A stretch of DNA of 64,000 bases from Chitinophagales bacterium (GCA_044225825.1 JBGAIB010000005.1:139967-203966), one strand, 5' to 3'; shown: positions 1 to 8,771, counted from the first letter of the stretch. Numbers and translations are program-made. The notes: a model not told the origin generated them from the letters alone.

Positions 1-1237
1 CTTTGATGTGAAATTTAAGGTGCAGGAAATAGACGGCAGCGGTTTATGGCTAATGCCGGGCATTATTGACGACCAGGTGCACTTTCGCGAGCCGGGCCTT
101 ACACACAAGGCTACTATCCATACCGAAGCTCGTGCAGGCGTGGCAGGTGGAGTTACCTCTTATATGGAAATGCCCAATGTAAACCCGCCCAGTGTTACGA
201 TTGATTTGCTGGAGGAGAAGTATGCCATTGCCTCCCGTACCTCGCTGGCCAACTATTCCTTTTATATGGGCACCAACCATTCCAACCTGCTGGAGCTATT
301 AAAGGTAGATGGCCGAAAAGTGTGTGGTATAAAGATTTTTATGGGCTCAAGCACCGGCCATATGCTGGTAGATGAACCCAATATATTAGAAGACATTTTC
401 CGCGAACGTGCCGATTTACTGATTGCCACGCATTGCGAGGACGATCGCCTGGTAAAAGAACGGACTAAAATGTATCACGAGAAATACGGTGACAACATTC
501 CGTTTGAATGCCACGCCGAAATACGCAACGAGACAGTTTGCCTAAACAGCAGCAAAATGGCCGTTGAAATGGCTAAGAAGTTCAACTCGCGCCTACACAT
601 CCTGCATATTTCTACGGCCGATGAAATCTCATTGTTCACCAACCAGATACCTCTGGAAGATAAACGTATTACCAGCGAGGTATGCGTACATCACCTGTGG
701 TTTGATAAAAGCGATTATGCCCGTTTAGGCAGTAAGATTAAATGCAACCCGGCTATTAAAGAGGCCCACCATAAACACGCCTTGTTCGAGGCAATGCTGA
801 ACGATACGATCGACGTAATTGCTACCGATCATGCGCCGCATACCCTGGATGAGAAGAACAACCTGTATGCAAAAGCACCATCCGGATTGCCTTTGTTACA
901 GCATACCTTAAACATGATGCTGGAATTTTACCACATGGGTAAAATCTCCATGGAAAAAATAGTTGACAAAATGTGTCATAAGCCTGCGGAATGCTTTGAG
1001 ATCATTGACCGTGGTTACCTGCGTGAAGGCTACTTTGCTGATCTTGTATTGGTGGATCCCTACAAGAAATGGACCGTTGGCCAGGCAAACATCCTGTATA
1101 AATGTGGATGGAGTCCGTTTACGGGACATGAATTTACAGGCGAGGTTCAGAAAACCTTTGTAAACGGCCATTTGGCATATAATAAGGGTACATTTGACGA
1201 AAGCATACGCGGCGAACGCCTGGCTTTCGACCGTTAA
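1..1237 (+). CDS. pyrC: dihydroorotase (amidohydrolase superfamily), N-terminus cut by the window edge
   Basis: The frame stays open upstream of the GTG at 8 to the window edge. Amidohydrolase motifs IIDDQVHFREPGL, ATHCED and VIATDHAPH; length and motifs fit class I dihydroorotases of Bacteroidota. Confidence 0.8.
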   Translation, partial: FDVKFKVQEIDGSGLWLMPGIIDDQVHFREPGLTHKATIHTEARAGVAGGVTSYMEMPNVNPPSVTIDLLEEKYAIASRTSLANYSFYMGTNHSNLLELLKVDGRKVCGIKIFMGSSTGHMLVDEPNILEDIFRERADLLIATHCEDDRLVKERTKMYHEKYGDNIPFECHAEIRNETVCLNSSKMAVEMAKKFNSRLHILHISTADEISLFTNQIPLEDKRITSEVCVHHLWFDKSDYARLGSKIKCNPAIKEAHHKHALFEAMLNDTIDVIATDHAPHTLDEKNNLYAKAPSGLPLLQHTLNMMLEFYHMGKISMEKIVDKMCHKPAECFEIIDRGYLREGYFADLVLVDPYKKWTVGQANILYKCGWSPFTGHEFTGEVQKTFVNGHLAYNKGTFDESIRGERLAFDR

Positions 1238-1247
1238 AACCACCTGC

Positions 1248-2366
1248 ATGCATATTCTGCTGATAGAACCTTTTTATACCGGCTCGCATAAAAACTGGGC
1301 AGATGAATACAAAAGGTTCAGCACGCATCGGGTAGATATACTCTCCTTGCCCGGTTACCACTGGAAATGGCGCATGCACGGAGGTGCAGTAACCCTTGCC
1401 GAACTAGCCAACCAGCAATACGCAGCACAAAAGCCTGATTTAATACTGGCTACTGATATGCTAGACCTTAGTCTATTTATGAGCCTTACCCGCTCCTGGT
1501 CGGCCGGTATACCTGCAGTGCTGTATTTCCATGAGAACCAATTGACCTACCCCTGGAGCCCTACAGACCGTGATGTGAGCCTGAAGCGCGATAACCATTA
1601 CGCTTTTATCAATTACGCCTCCGCTCTGGCTGCCAACCAGGTGTACTTTAATTCACACTACCATTTCAGCTCCTTTTTTGAGGCGCTTCCCTCCTTCTTA
1701 AAGGCCTTCCCGGACTACAACAACAGCGATACAGTTGAAAAGCTAAAAGCCCGAAGTTTTGTGTTGCCTTTAGGCCTTAACCTCCAGGAACTGGAAACCC
1801 TTAAACCCGCCACCCTCGAAAAGCCCTTGCGGGCAGTGGTATTATGGAACCACCGGTGGGAATACGATAAAAACCCTGAAGCCTTTTTTAATGCCCTCTT
1901 TGAAATAGCCGATCGCGGCATAGCCTTTAACCTGGTTGTACTGGGCGAAAGCTATGAGCACCGTCCGCTTATTTTTGATGTAGCCAAGGAACGCCTGGCC
2001 GATAAGATTCTGCACTGGGGATATGCCGAAAGTAAGGCCGAGTACGTAAAGTGGCTCTATACGGCTGATATATTACCGGTAACCTCCCGACAGGACTTTT
2101 TTGGAGCTAGCATTATAGAAGCTATGTATTGTAACTGCGTACCCTTTCTACCCCAACGCCTTGCTTACCCCGAACACATACCCGCTGCCTGGCACAAAAC
2201 CTTCTTTTATGAGGAAGAGGACTTTGTAAACAAGCTCCAGCGCCGCATTTGGGATGTTAAATACGTACGGGTTATGGATACCCGCCAATACGCCCAAAAA
2301 TACGATTGGAGCGCCCTGGCACCTGTATACGATCAAACTTTTATGAAAATTGCTGCAAGCAACTAA
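1248..2366 (+). CDS. DUF3524-type GT-B glycosyltransferase (GTDC1 / tRNA-queuosine mannosyltransferase-like)
   Basis: ATG at 1248 (MHILLIEPFYTGSHKNW) chosen because the ORF from 1194 would overlap pyrC. N-terminal DUF3524-like region plus C-terminal GT1-type fold (IIEAMYCNCVPFLPQRLAYPE). Confidence 0.7.
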   Translation: MHILLIEPFYTGSHKNWADEYKRFSTHRVDILSLPGYHWKWRMHGGAVTLAELANQQYAAQKPDLILATDMLDLSLFMSLTRSWSAGIPAVLYFHENQLTYPWSPTDRDVSLKRDNHYAFINYASALAANQVYFNSHYHFSSFFEALPSFLKAFPDYNNSDTVEKLKARSFVLPLGLNLQELETLKPATLEKPLRAVVLWNHRWEYDKNPEAFFNALFEIADRGIAFNLVVLGESYEHRPLIFDVAKERLADKILHWGYAESKAEYVKWLYTADILPVTSRQDFFGASIIEAMYCNCVPFLPQRLAYPEHIPAAWHKTFFYEEEDFVNKLQRRIWDVKYVRVMDTRQYAQKYDWSALAPVYDQTFMKIAASN

Positions 2367-2448
2367 TTAAAATCATTCGGAAAAATGGCCGAACCTCTTA
2401 CATTCGCGGCTGTTTAGATTTAGTCTAAACAAACAAAAAACACAACAG

Positions 2449-4347
2449 GTGCTCAAAAAGTGCGGATTCCTATTTCTGTTTTTAACCCTTGCCCTGGCCA
2501 GCAGTGCCGATAAGGGCGAAGCCAGCCGGATATTGGTGCATACCCTTAACTACCTGGGGCAAGACTACAAAAATGCCGTTAAGGATGGCAAGGTCATCAG
2601 CGAAGATGAGTACGAGGAGATGGGCGAGTTCTGCGAGAGCGCTGTTAAGTACTTTCATGAGTTTTCGGCGGAGTGGAGTGATTCGGATTCGGTGGCAGTT
2701 GGTAAGCTAATTGAGGACATTGACTTTCTAGTTGAGCACAAAGGCTCGCCGCAGGAAGTAAGCCAAAAGGCTACAGCAGCCAAGATGAAGATTGTAGCCA
2801 TTACGGGCCTACGCACCTATCCTTCGCACTATCCCGATATTGAAGCCGGCCGTAAACTTTACGTAGTTAACTGCGCCAAATGCCATGGCGACAACGGTTT
2901 TGGCGATGGCCCCGAAGGAAAAGGTTTAGACCCTAAGCCCCGCAACTTTCATGATAACAACCGACTTGACTTTATATCGCCCTCCCATGCTTTTAACACC
3001 ATCCGTTTAGGAGTAGAAGGCACCGGTATGCGTGCGCATGTGGGTTTGGAAGACGAGGAAGTATGGGACCTGGCGTTCTATGTTCTCTCGCTACGGTATG
3101 ACAAGGCCGATATTGAGAAGAACCGGGAGGTGTTGCAAAAGGTGCCGCTAGAAAGCATTGCAACCCAAAGCGACCACGACTTACAACAGCAGTTTAACCT
3201 TGATAAAGAACAACTGGCAGCCATCCGCTTAAACCACCCACACCAAAGTAACGACCGCTTTTTGAAAATGGCGCTCGATTACCTGGACCGAGCTAACGCC
3301 AGTTACAGCAATGCCCGTGGCGATGATGCCCTGCAATTTGCATCGCTGGCCTATTTGCAAGGTATTGAACCTATCGAACTACAACTTAAGGCAACGGAAC
3401 CCGAACTAAGCGAGAAGCTTGAAAAGCAAATGCTGCGTATACGCAAGCTCATCAGCGAAAACCGCCCTGTGGCCGAACTGGCCGACAGCATTGCTGCCGC
3501 CAAGCAAACCCTTGGTGAAGTAAGCCGTGTGTTGGAAAAGAAGGAGTACTCCTTCTGGTTAGCGCTCTTTATGAGCGTTAGTATCCTGCTGCGGGAAGGG
3601 TTGGAAGCCTTTTTGGTTATCATGGTTATTTTATCGGTGTTGAAAGCTGCTAACCTGCCATTGGCCAGCAAGTGGGTACATGCAGGCTGGATACTGGCCA
3701 TAGTAGCCGGGGTGTTGTTATGGGTTATAAGCACCTACCTGATGCCCGAAGGCATCACCGAAATGGAACTGGTAGAAGCCGCCATTTCGTTTGTAGCCGT
3801 AGCCATGCTGTTATACATAGGCTTTTGGATGCACAGCAAGAGCGAGGTTGGCAAATGGAAGGACTATGTAAGCAAACTGGTAAACAATGCCGTTAACAGC
3901 GGTAGTTTGTTAGGCCTGGCTACCCTCTCATTTTTTGTAGTCTTCCGCGAAGTGTTTGAATCAGTCGTATTCCTTTCTTCTTTAAACATCGAATCGGGTG
4001 GCAAGCAAACCCATGCCATTTTGTTCGGGGTGGCCATTGCCTTCCTGTGTGTGTTTGCACTGGCCTTTATCGTGCTTCGTTTCTCTGCCAAACTGCCTAT
4101 ACCTCAGCTCTTCAAAATCTCTTCGCTGGTTATGGGCTTACTGGCTATTGTGTTGACAGGTAAAGGCATTCACTCCTTACAGGAAATCGGCCGCCTAAGT
4201 GTGCACGGCGTGCCTGTAATGCGTATTGAACTACTGGGTATCTTCCCAACGCTGGAGACCTGCATTGGCCAGCTAATAACCCTGCTGTTAGTGGCTCTTA
4301 TCTGGAATTTTACCGGCAAGCCTAAAACTACGAAGCCTGCTGCTTAA
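2449..4347 (+). CDS. cytochrome c / FTR1-family iron permease fusion protein
   Basis: GTG start and signal peptide. One heme c motif (CAKCHG) with a downstream GTGMRAH. Multi-TM FTR1/EfeU-type permease with two RExxE motifs (REGLEAF, REVFESV). Confidence 0.8.
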   Translation: MLKKCGFLFLFLTLALASSADKGEASRILVHTLNYLGQDYKNAVKDGKVISEDEYEEMGEFCESAVKYFHEFSAEWSDSDSVAVGKLIEDIDFLVEHKGSPQEVSQKATAAKMKIVAITGLRTYPSHYPDIEAGRKLYVVNCAKCHGDNGFGDGPEGKGLDPKPRNFHDNNRLDFISPSHAFNTIRLGVEGTGMRAHVGLEDEEVWDLAFYVLSLRYDKADIEKNREVLQKVPLESIATQSDHDLQQQFNLDKEQLAAIRLNHPHQSNDRFLKMALDYLDRANASYSNARGDDALQFASLAYLQGIEPIELQLKATEPELSEKLEKQMLRIRKLISENRPVAELADSIAAAKQTLGEVSRVLEKKEYSFWLALFMSVSILLREGLEAFLVIMVILSVLKAANLPLASKWVHAGWILAIVAGVLLWVISTYLMPEGITEMELVEAAISFVAVAMLLYIGFWMHSKSEVGKWKDYVSKLVNNAVNSGSLLGLATLSFFVVFREVFESVVFLSSLNIESGGKQTHAILFGVAIAFLCVFALAFIVLRFSAKLPIPQLFKISSLVMGLLAIVLTGKGIHSLQEIGRLSVHGVPVMRIELLGIFPTLETCIGQLITLLLVALIWNFTGKPKTTKPAA

Positions 4348-5170
4348 CGTGGTGGCCCAGCAATCTGTAAACCGGGTTACGGTCGACTATACCAAGCCTG
4401 CAACCAAAGTTTGCCGCTACCTGCTCTAACTCCGCTTTAAAGAAGTGCGCGATAGAACCCACAAAATGAACCGGGTATTGCCGATAGTTTTTGTAACAGC
4501 AAACGTGGTGCTGAAAGAATTCAGTAAAGCCCTCTGCTGCTAATTTGCTCATGTATGCTCTATCGGGCGAATCGCCTAATACCTTGGCAAAGCTTGCCAG
4601 GTATACATTGGCGTTGGGCTTTTTGTAAACGGCTTCAAATATCTTCTCCTTCTCCAAACCGTATTGGTCCTTCAACATCAACATTGTTGCCTCCGGCAGT
4701 TCGTGGTAGCAGAATGCAGCCAGTAGCTTTTTACCAAAGTAGGCACCGCTGCCTTCGTCGCCCAACAGGTAACCAAGCGCAGGTACCTCCTCGTATATTT
4801 CCTTACCATCAAACAAACACGAATTGGAACCCGTTCCCAATATGCAAGCTATGCCCGGTTCTCCGGTGTACGTGGCAATGGCGGCAGCTTTCAGGTCGTG
4901 ATCTACGTTTATGGTAGTGGCCGAGGGAAAGAAACTGCGCACAGCGTTCTCGACTACCAGGTTGCGGTCGGCACTGCTGCAACTGGCCCCATAGAAGAAT
5001 ACGGCTGTAACACGCTCGCGTAAAGCGCTTAACCCTGTATGCTTTTGCAGTTCGGCCAGTATGGTTTCGGTAGAGTGAAACATAGGGTTAAAGCCCATGG
5101 TTTCCAGCAGTTGCTGTTCTTCGGTTAGCCAGTTGGTTTTAGTCGATCCGCTCTCGGCAATTATTATCAT
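4328..5170 (-). CDS. BadF/BadG/BcrA/BcrD-type ATPase (N-acetylglucosamine kinase-like)
   Basis: Actin-fold ATPase motifs MIIIAESGSTKTNW, ILGTGSNS, GDEGSG. Its 3' end overlaps the convergent permease gene by 20 nt. Confidence 0.75.
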   Translation of the reverse strand: MIIIAESGSTKTNWLTEEQQLLETMGFNPMFHSTETILAELQKHTGLSALRERVTAVFFYGASCSSADRNLVVENAVRSFFPSATTINVDHDLKAAAIATYTGEPGIACILGTGSNSCLFDGKEIYEEVPALGYLLGDEGSGAYFGKKLLAAFCYHELPEATMLMLKDQYGLEKEKIFEAVYKKPNANVYLASFAKVLGDSPDRAYMSKLAAEGFTEFFQHHVCCYKNYRQYPVHFVGSIAHFFKAELEQVAANFGCRLGIVDRNPVYRLLGHHVKQQAS

Positions 5171-5265
5171 AACCTCAATTGTGTATTAAATGTGCGCCCT
5201 AAAATAAACCGATTTCAAAATCATGCTGTTTCCTTTTACATTTAAACCATTAACGACCCCTCCAT

Positions 5266-7113
5266 ATGAAAAAAGCTTTACTTGCTCTTTTACTGTTATC
5301 GGTTTATGGCAGCTATGCGCAGGACCATCTTTCCGCCTCCCGCTCTAACCTCGATCCGTTGTTAGCACCATTTTACCATGGTGTAGCATCGGGCGACCCG
5401 CTTACCGACCGCATTATCCTGTGGACCCGTGTAACCACCGAAGATGCTACGGTGAGTGTGGATTGGCAGATTGCCACCGATACCGCCTTTACCAATGTGA
5501 TAAACTCGGGTAACGTAACCGCCGACAGCAGCACCGATTATTGCGTAAAGGTAGACGCCGCCGGCCTGCAGGCCAACACCTGGTATTACTACCGCTTTAA
5601 AGCGTATGGAGCATGGTCGAGTATCGGCCGCACCCGTACGGCACCCGATACGCACGTTAACGATTTGCGCTTTGCCGTAGTGGCTTGCAGCAACTACCAG
5701 GATGGCTATTTTAATGCCTACCGCGACATTGCTAAAAAGAACGATGTGGATGCCGTTATCCACCTAGGTGATTACTACTATGAATACGGCACTGATGACT
5801 TTACCCCCGGTGTTGACTCGGCCCGTTTGCACGAACCACCCACTGAAATATTGACCCTGGCCGATTACCGTATGCGCCACTCGCAATACAAGCTGGACCC
5901 CGATTTGCGCTACGTGCACCAGATGTATCCGTTCATCACCGTATGGGACGACCATGAAACAGCCAACGATAGCTGGAGCGGCGGTGCACAAAACCATACC
6001 GACAGCGTTGAAGGCTATTGGAAGGACCGCGAGTCGTATTCGCATAAGGCGTACTTTGAGTGGATGCCTATCCGCAACGTGCACAACAGCGTTGATACCA
6101 TCCACCGTGTAATACCTTTGGGCGGACTTGCCGACCTGATATTGGTAGACACCCGTAACGAGGGGCGTCAACAACAATTAGGCACTACCGGCGCTGCCGT
6201 TACCGATACCAACCGCACCATGATGGGTGCTGCCCAGTTGGATTGGTTTAAACAGCAACTCTCCGCTTCTACCGCCAAGTGGAAGCTGATTGGCAACCAG
6301 GTAATGATGTCGCCGTTGAAGGTATTGGGCCAGGCCGTTAACCAGGACCAGTGGGACGGCTACCCTGCCGAGCGTGCCAAGATCTTTAACTACATCGCCT
6401 CCAATAACATTAACAACGTGGTGGTGTTAACCGGCGATATACATACCAGTTGGGCTAACGATCTACCACTGGACCCTTCCAGTTACAACTCAAGTACCGG
6501 TGCGGGTTCTATTGCAGTAGAATATGTGTGCACCAGTATCACCAGCGGCAGCTTTATTACCTTTGCTGTGCCGGTATCGGCCATACAGTTGTTTAACCCT
6601 AACGTTAAGTATGGCGAACTCTCCAAGCGCGGCTACTTGCTGCTGGATGTTACCGACCAGAAAGTACAGGGCGATTGGTTACACATGAGCACTATTACCA
6701 GCAAAACTTATACTGCCAGTGTAGCTGCTTCGTGGTGCGATATGGATGCTGCCAACCACTTAACCGCCTGCGGCGGACCGATTGTGCCGCGCACCAATAT
6801 GCCTCCGCAACCGCCGTTTATCGAAAGCCCTGCAACCGGTATTAAGCAGGAGAACATGGTTATTGTAGGCTGCTACCCTAACCCGTTCGATAACAAGATA
6901 CAGGTGCAGTATTACCTGTACCAACCCGCTACCGTGCAACTGCAGATTACCGACCTAAGTGGCCGCATCGTATACAGCGAGCGCACTACACAAACCGTGT
7001 ATGGCCTCTACAATGCTGAGGCCAACGTAAGCAACCTTACTCCCGGCACTTACTTTGTAACGGTTAATGCCGGTGGTAAAAGCTACAGCAAGCAGGTAGT
7101 GAAGGTGAGGTAA
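5266..7113 (+). CDS. phoD: PhoD-family alkaline phosphatase with T9SS C-terminal sorting domain
   Basis: Signal peptide. PhoD metallophosphatase motifs (GVASGDPL, HLGDYYYEYG, VWDDHE, LTGDIHTSW). Last ~80 aa are a type A T9SS CTD (CYPNPFDNKIQVQYY...VVKVR). Confidence 0.85.
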   Translation: MKKALLALLLLSVYGSYAQDHLSASRSNLDPLLAPFYHGVASGDPLTDRIILWTRVTTEDATVSVDWQIATDTAFTNVINSGNVTADSSTDYCVKVDAAGLQANTWYYYRFKAYGAWSSIGRTRTAPDTHVNDLRFAVVACSNYQDGYFNAYRDIAKKNDVDAVIHLGDYYYEYGTDDFTPGVDSARLHEPPTEILTLADYRMRHSQYKLDPDLRYVHQMYPFITVWDDHETANDSWSGGAQNHTDSVEGYWKDRESYSHKAYFEWMPIRNVHNSVDTIHRVIPLGGLADLILVDTRNEGRQQQLGTTGAAVTDTNRTMMGAAQLDWFKQQLSASTAKWKLIGNQVMMSPLKVLGQAVNQDQWDGYPAERAKIFNYIASNNINNVVVLTGDIHTSWANDLPLDPSSYNSSTGAGSIAVEYVCTSITSGSFITFAVPVSAIQLFNPNVKYGELSKRGYLLLDVTDQKVQGDWLHMSTITSKTYTASVAASWCDMDAANHLTACGGPIVPRTNMPPQPPFIESPATGIKQENMVIVGCYPNPFDNKIQVQYYLYQPATVQLQITDLSGRIVYSERTTQTVYGLYNAEANVSNLTPGTYFVTVNAGGKSYSKQVVKVR

Positions 7114-7142
7114 GAAAATTTTCAATGCTGCTTTTCCTGTCC

Positions 7143-7187
7143 TTGCGCAGAGTCCCCAAGCTGCGCAAGGGAGACACTGCGGAGGTG
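7143..7187 (+). repeat. R1 hairpin repeat, copy a (most diverged)
   Basis: ttGCGCAGAGTCCCCAAGCTGCGCAAGGGAGACACTGCGGAGGTG. Stem CGCAGAGTC/GACACTGCG with one mismatch. Lies between the convergent phoD and 7284-7598 genes. Confidence 0.8.
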
Positions 7188-7283
7188 TAAACGCGATTCC
7201 GGCGCAAGCCTGAATCGCGTGAGAAGTATGCGCAGGTGAACAAATCATTGAATGGCGGGGCTGCGACACCATTATAGTTTAAA

Positions 7284-7598
7284 TCAACTCAGCACCACTC
7301 CAACTATGCCGAACAAAAAGGCTATTGCCAATACACCATACATAACTTTAACGAATTTATTATAGAACAATATTTGCCCCCTTACATCATCCGGATACTC
7401 TTCGGCTTTGATTTTTGAAAAAGAAGGAAACCCAAATGAGTTGTATATAAATAGATAATAAAACATTTGCCACCCCCAATTTCCTGCAGCGGATTGTGTG
7501 ATTCGAGCCTTATAATAAATCGCTACCCTTGTAAGCAAGAGAAAAATTCCTGTCAAGACTAAGGCGAGCGTTTCGAATATCTTTGCCCAATGGACCAT
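7284..7598 (-). CDS. hypothetical small membrane protein (about 3 TM helices)
   Basis: 104-aa ORF with hydrophobic helices and no recognisable family. Visibly more AT-rich than its neighbours. Confidence 0.45.
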   Translation of the reverse strand: MVHWAKIFETLALVLTGIFLLLTRVAIYYKARITQSAAGNWGWQMFYYLFIYNSFGFPSFSKIKAEEYPDDVRGQILFYNKFVKVMYGVLAIAFLFGIVGVVLS

Positions 7599-7659
7599 TT
7601 TCTGGCTCTTAATATTTATTTCCGAAGAGTCGGCTCGTGCCGTTTCAAAACTCTGCAGT

Positions 7660-8229
7660 TTATTTCTCTACCACAAAATTCAACTCCGTAACCCCTATGC
7701 TAAACGAGTGCGTATTCAAAAGCTTCAGCTTTGTTTTCTCCTTTACGCCTACAAACAAAGGGATGCCCTTGCCGAGGATGATGGGATTTACAAACAGCCA
7801 GTAGCCGTCTATTAAATTCTGTTCTATAAGCGCGTGGGTTGCAGTGGGGCTGCCAAACACAAGGATGTCGCCACCGGGTTGTTGCTTGATTGCATTGACG
7901 CGTTCCGCCAGGTTATCGCTTATTATAGTGGTATTTGGTATCTCGCCGCCCTGCAGGGTTTTAGATAATACCACCTTGTGCACCTTTGCATACCATTGGC
8001 TGTGTTCAATATCGTGTTTGCTGGCATTGGGCTGGTCGGCAGCCGTGGGCCAGTAACCTTCCATCAGTTCCCAGGTTTTGCGGCCATAGAGGGCGGTATC
8101 ACCTTCACCTATCCGTTTACCTACGTACTCAAAAAGCTCTTCATCGGCTTTGATCCAGTCCATTTCGCCGTTTGGTCCCGCTACAAATCCATCGAGCGAG
8201 ATATGCATAAAGGAAATCAGTTTTCGCAT
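7660..8229 (-). CDS. dihydrofolate reductase family protein (RibD C-terminal domain type)
   Basis: Start moved to MRKLISFMHISLDGFVAGPNGEMDW (ATG at 8229). GDILVFGSPT and LIDGYWLFVNPIILGKG are typical of RibD_C / YwjB-like reductases. Confidence 0.75.
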   Translation of the reverse strand: MRKLISFMHISLDGFVAGPNGEMDWIKADEELFEYVGKRIGEGDTALYGRKTWELMEGYWPTAADQPNASKHDIEHSQWYAKVHKVVLSKTLQGGEIPNTTIISDNLAERVNAIKQQPGGDILVFGSPTATHALIEQNLIDGYWLFVNPIILGKGIPLFVGVKEKTKLKLLNTHSFSIGVTELNFVVEK

Positions 8230-8296
8230 GTTGTCCTGTTTTGTTGTTCTACTAATCGCTGCTACTAATATAGCCAGCAGTGCCACAATTTGTCTT

Positions 8297-8341
8297 CCGC
8301 AGGGTCCCCAAGCTGCGCAAGGGAGACCTTGCAGGAGGTGG
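8297..8341 (+). repeat. R1 hairpin repeat, copy b
   Basis: CCGCAGGGTCCCCAAGCTGCGCAAGGGAGACCTTGCAGGAGGTGG. Same orientation as copies a and c. The 3' arm differs from copy c by C>T (a G-U pair if transcribed from the plus strand) and by the terminal G>A. Confidence 0.85.
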
Positions 8342-8518
8342 AACTTTACACTCCTTTACACTTTTCCCGCATCTCCCCGTTCAACTTTACACTTCTTTAC
8401 AGATTTCTTCACCCTCTCCATATAAACAGCGATGTCATTATTTCGCCTGGTTTGCGCAGGGTCCCCATGCTGCGCAAGGGAGACCCTGCGGGAGATGGAA
8501 CTTTACACTTCTTTACAC
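8342..8518 (+). repeat. three direct copies of a ~20-nt box AACTTTACACTYCTTTACA
   Basis: Copies at 8342-8361, 8383-8401 and 8499-8518. The first and third directly follow R1 copies b and c. Confidence 0.8.
8454..8498 (+). repeat. R1 hairpin repeat, copy c (perfect stem)
   Basis: GCGCAGGGTCCCCATGCTGCGCAAGGGAGACCCTGCGGGAGATGG. Perfect 9-bp stem CGCAGGGTC/GACCCTGCG. Lies 157 nt from copy b, which is not a multiple of 3. Confidence 0.85.
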
Positions 8519-8540
8519 TGTTTTTTATTCCTCACCCCTG

Positions 8541-8559
8541 CCCTCTCCTAAGGAGAGGG
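8541..8559. repeat. perfect 8-bp hairpin CCCTCTCC-TAA-GGAGAGGG (REP-like element)
   Basis: Read directly. A degenerate version (CACCCTCTCC) sits at the equivalent place of the preceding 157-nt unit, near 8410-8420. Confidence 0.6.
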
Positions 8560-8705
8560 AGTAGAGTGGTTTTAACTTCCGGGGTTATCCACACTGCTTG
8601 TGCATGCCTGTGCAGGTTTTTTGCTTGTGCACAAGTTAAACAAAAGTTTATATGATGATTTTTTGTGTTAAACAGACTAAAAATCGCGGTTTTGATTGAG
8701 GCCCC

Positions 8706-8771
8706 GGCGATTTGTGCAGATTTGTGCACTTGATTTTGAGGTGCACAAATCCGACAAAAAATAATATGATG
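8706..8771 (+). repeat. R2 element, copy 1 (three ATTTGTGCAC half-sites)
   Basis: 56/66 identical to 39901-39966, and 42/45 over the first 45 nt. Perfect 10-bp inverted repeat ATTTGTGCAC-N11-GTGCACAAAT at 8720-8750, plus an extra direct half-site at 8710-8719. Confidence 0.85.

Noticed and set aside
1194-1247. Longer upstream starts offered by the ORF track (1194, 8286, 9748, 16759, 26960, 31779, 32950, 35601, 38971, 42511, 54411, 56982, 58903).
   Set aside because: In each case an internal Met is followed by a typical signal peptide or a conserved family N-terminus. The extension overlaps a neighbouring gene or terminator, or starts with a non-ATG codon. Exact starts remain uncertain by a few codons.
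7143-8518. R1 and AACTTTACAC repeats as a degenerate CRISPR array.
   Set aside because: There are only two or three copies. The repeats are not identical, the spacing is 157 nt and about 1150 nt rather than 60-75 nt, no cas genes are present, and each repeat is itself a hairpin with a large loop.
8585-8593. A perfect DnaA box TTATCCACA next to an AT-rich stretch and many repeats, raising the idea of oriC.
   Set aside because: One perfect 9-mer is expected by chance about once per 130 kb when both strands are counted. No cluster of DnaA boxes is visible. Genes on both sides point the same way, with no strand switch. No dnaA/dnaN or similar genes are nearby, and one of the repeat elements recurs 31 kb away. 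A cumulative GC-skew plot of the whole genome would settle it.
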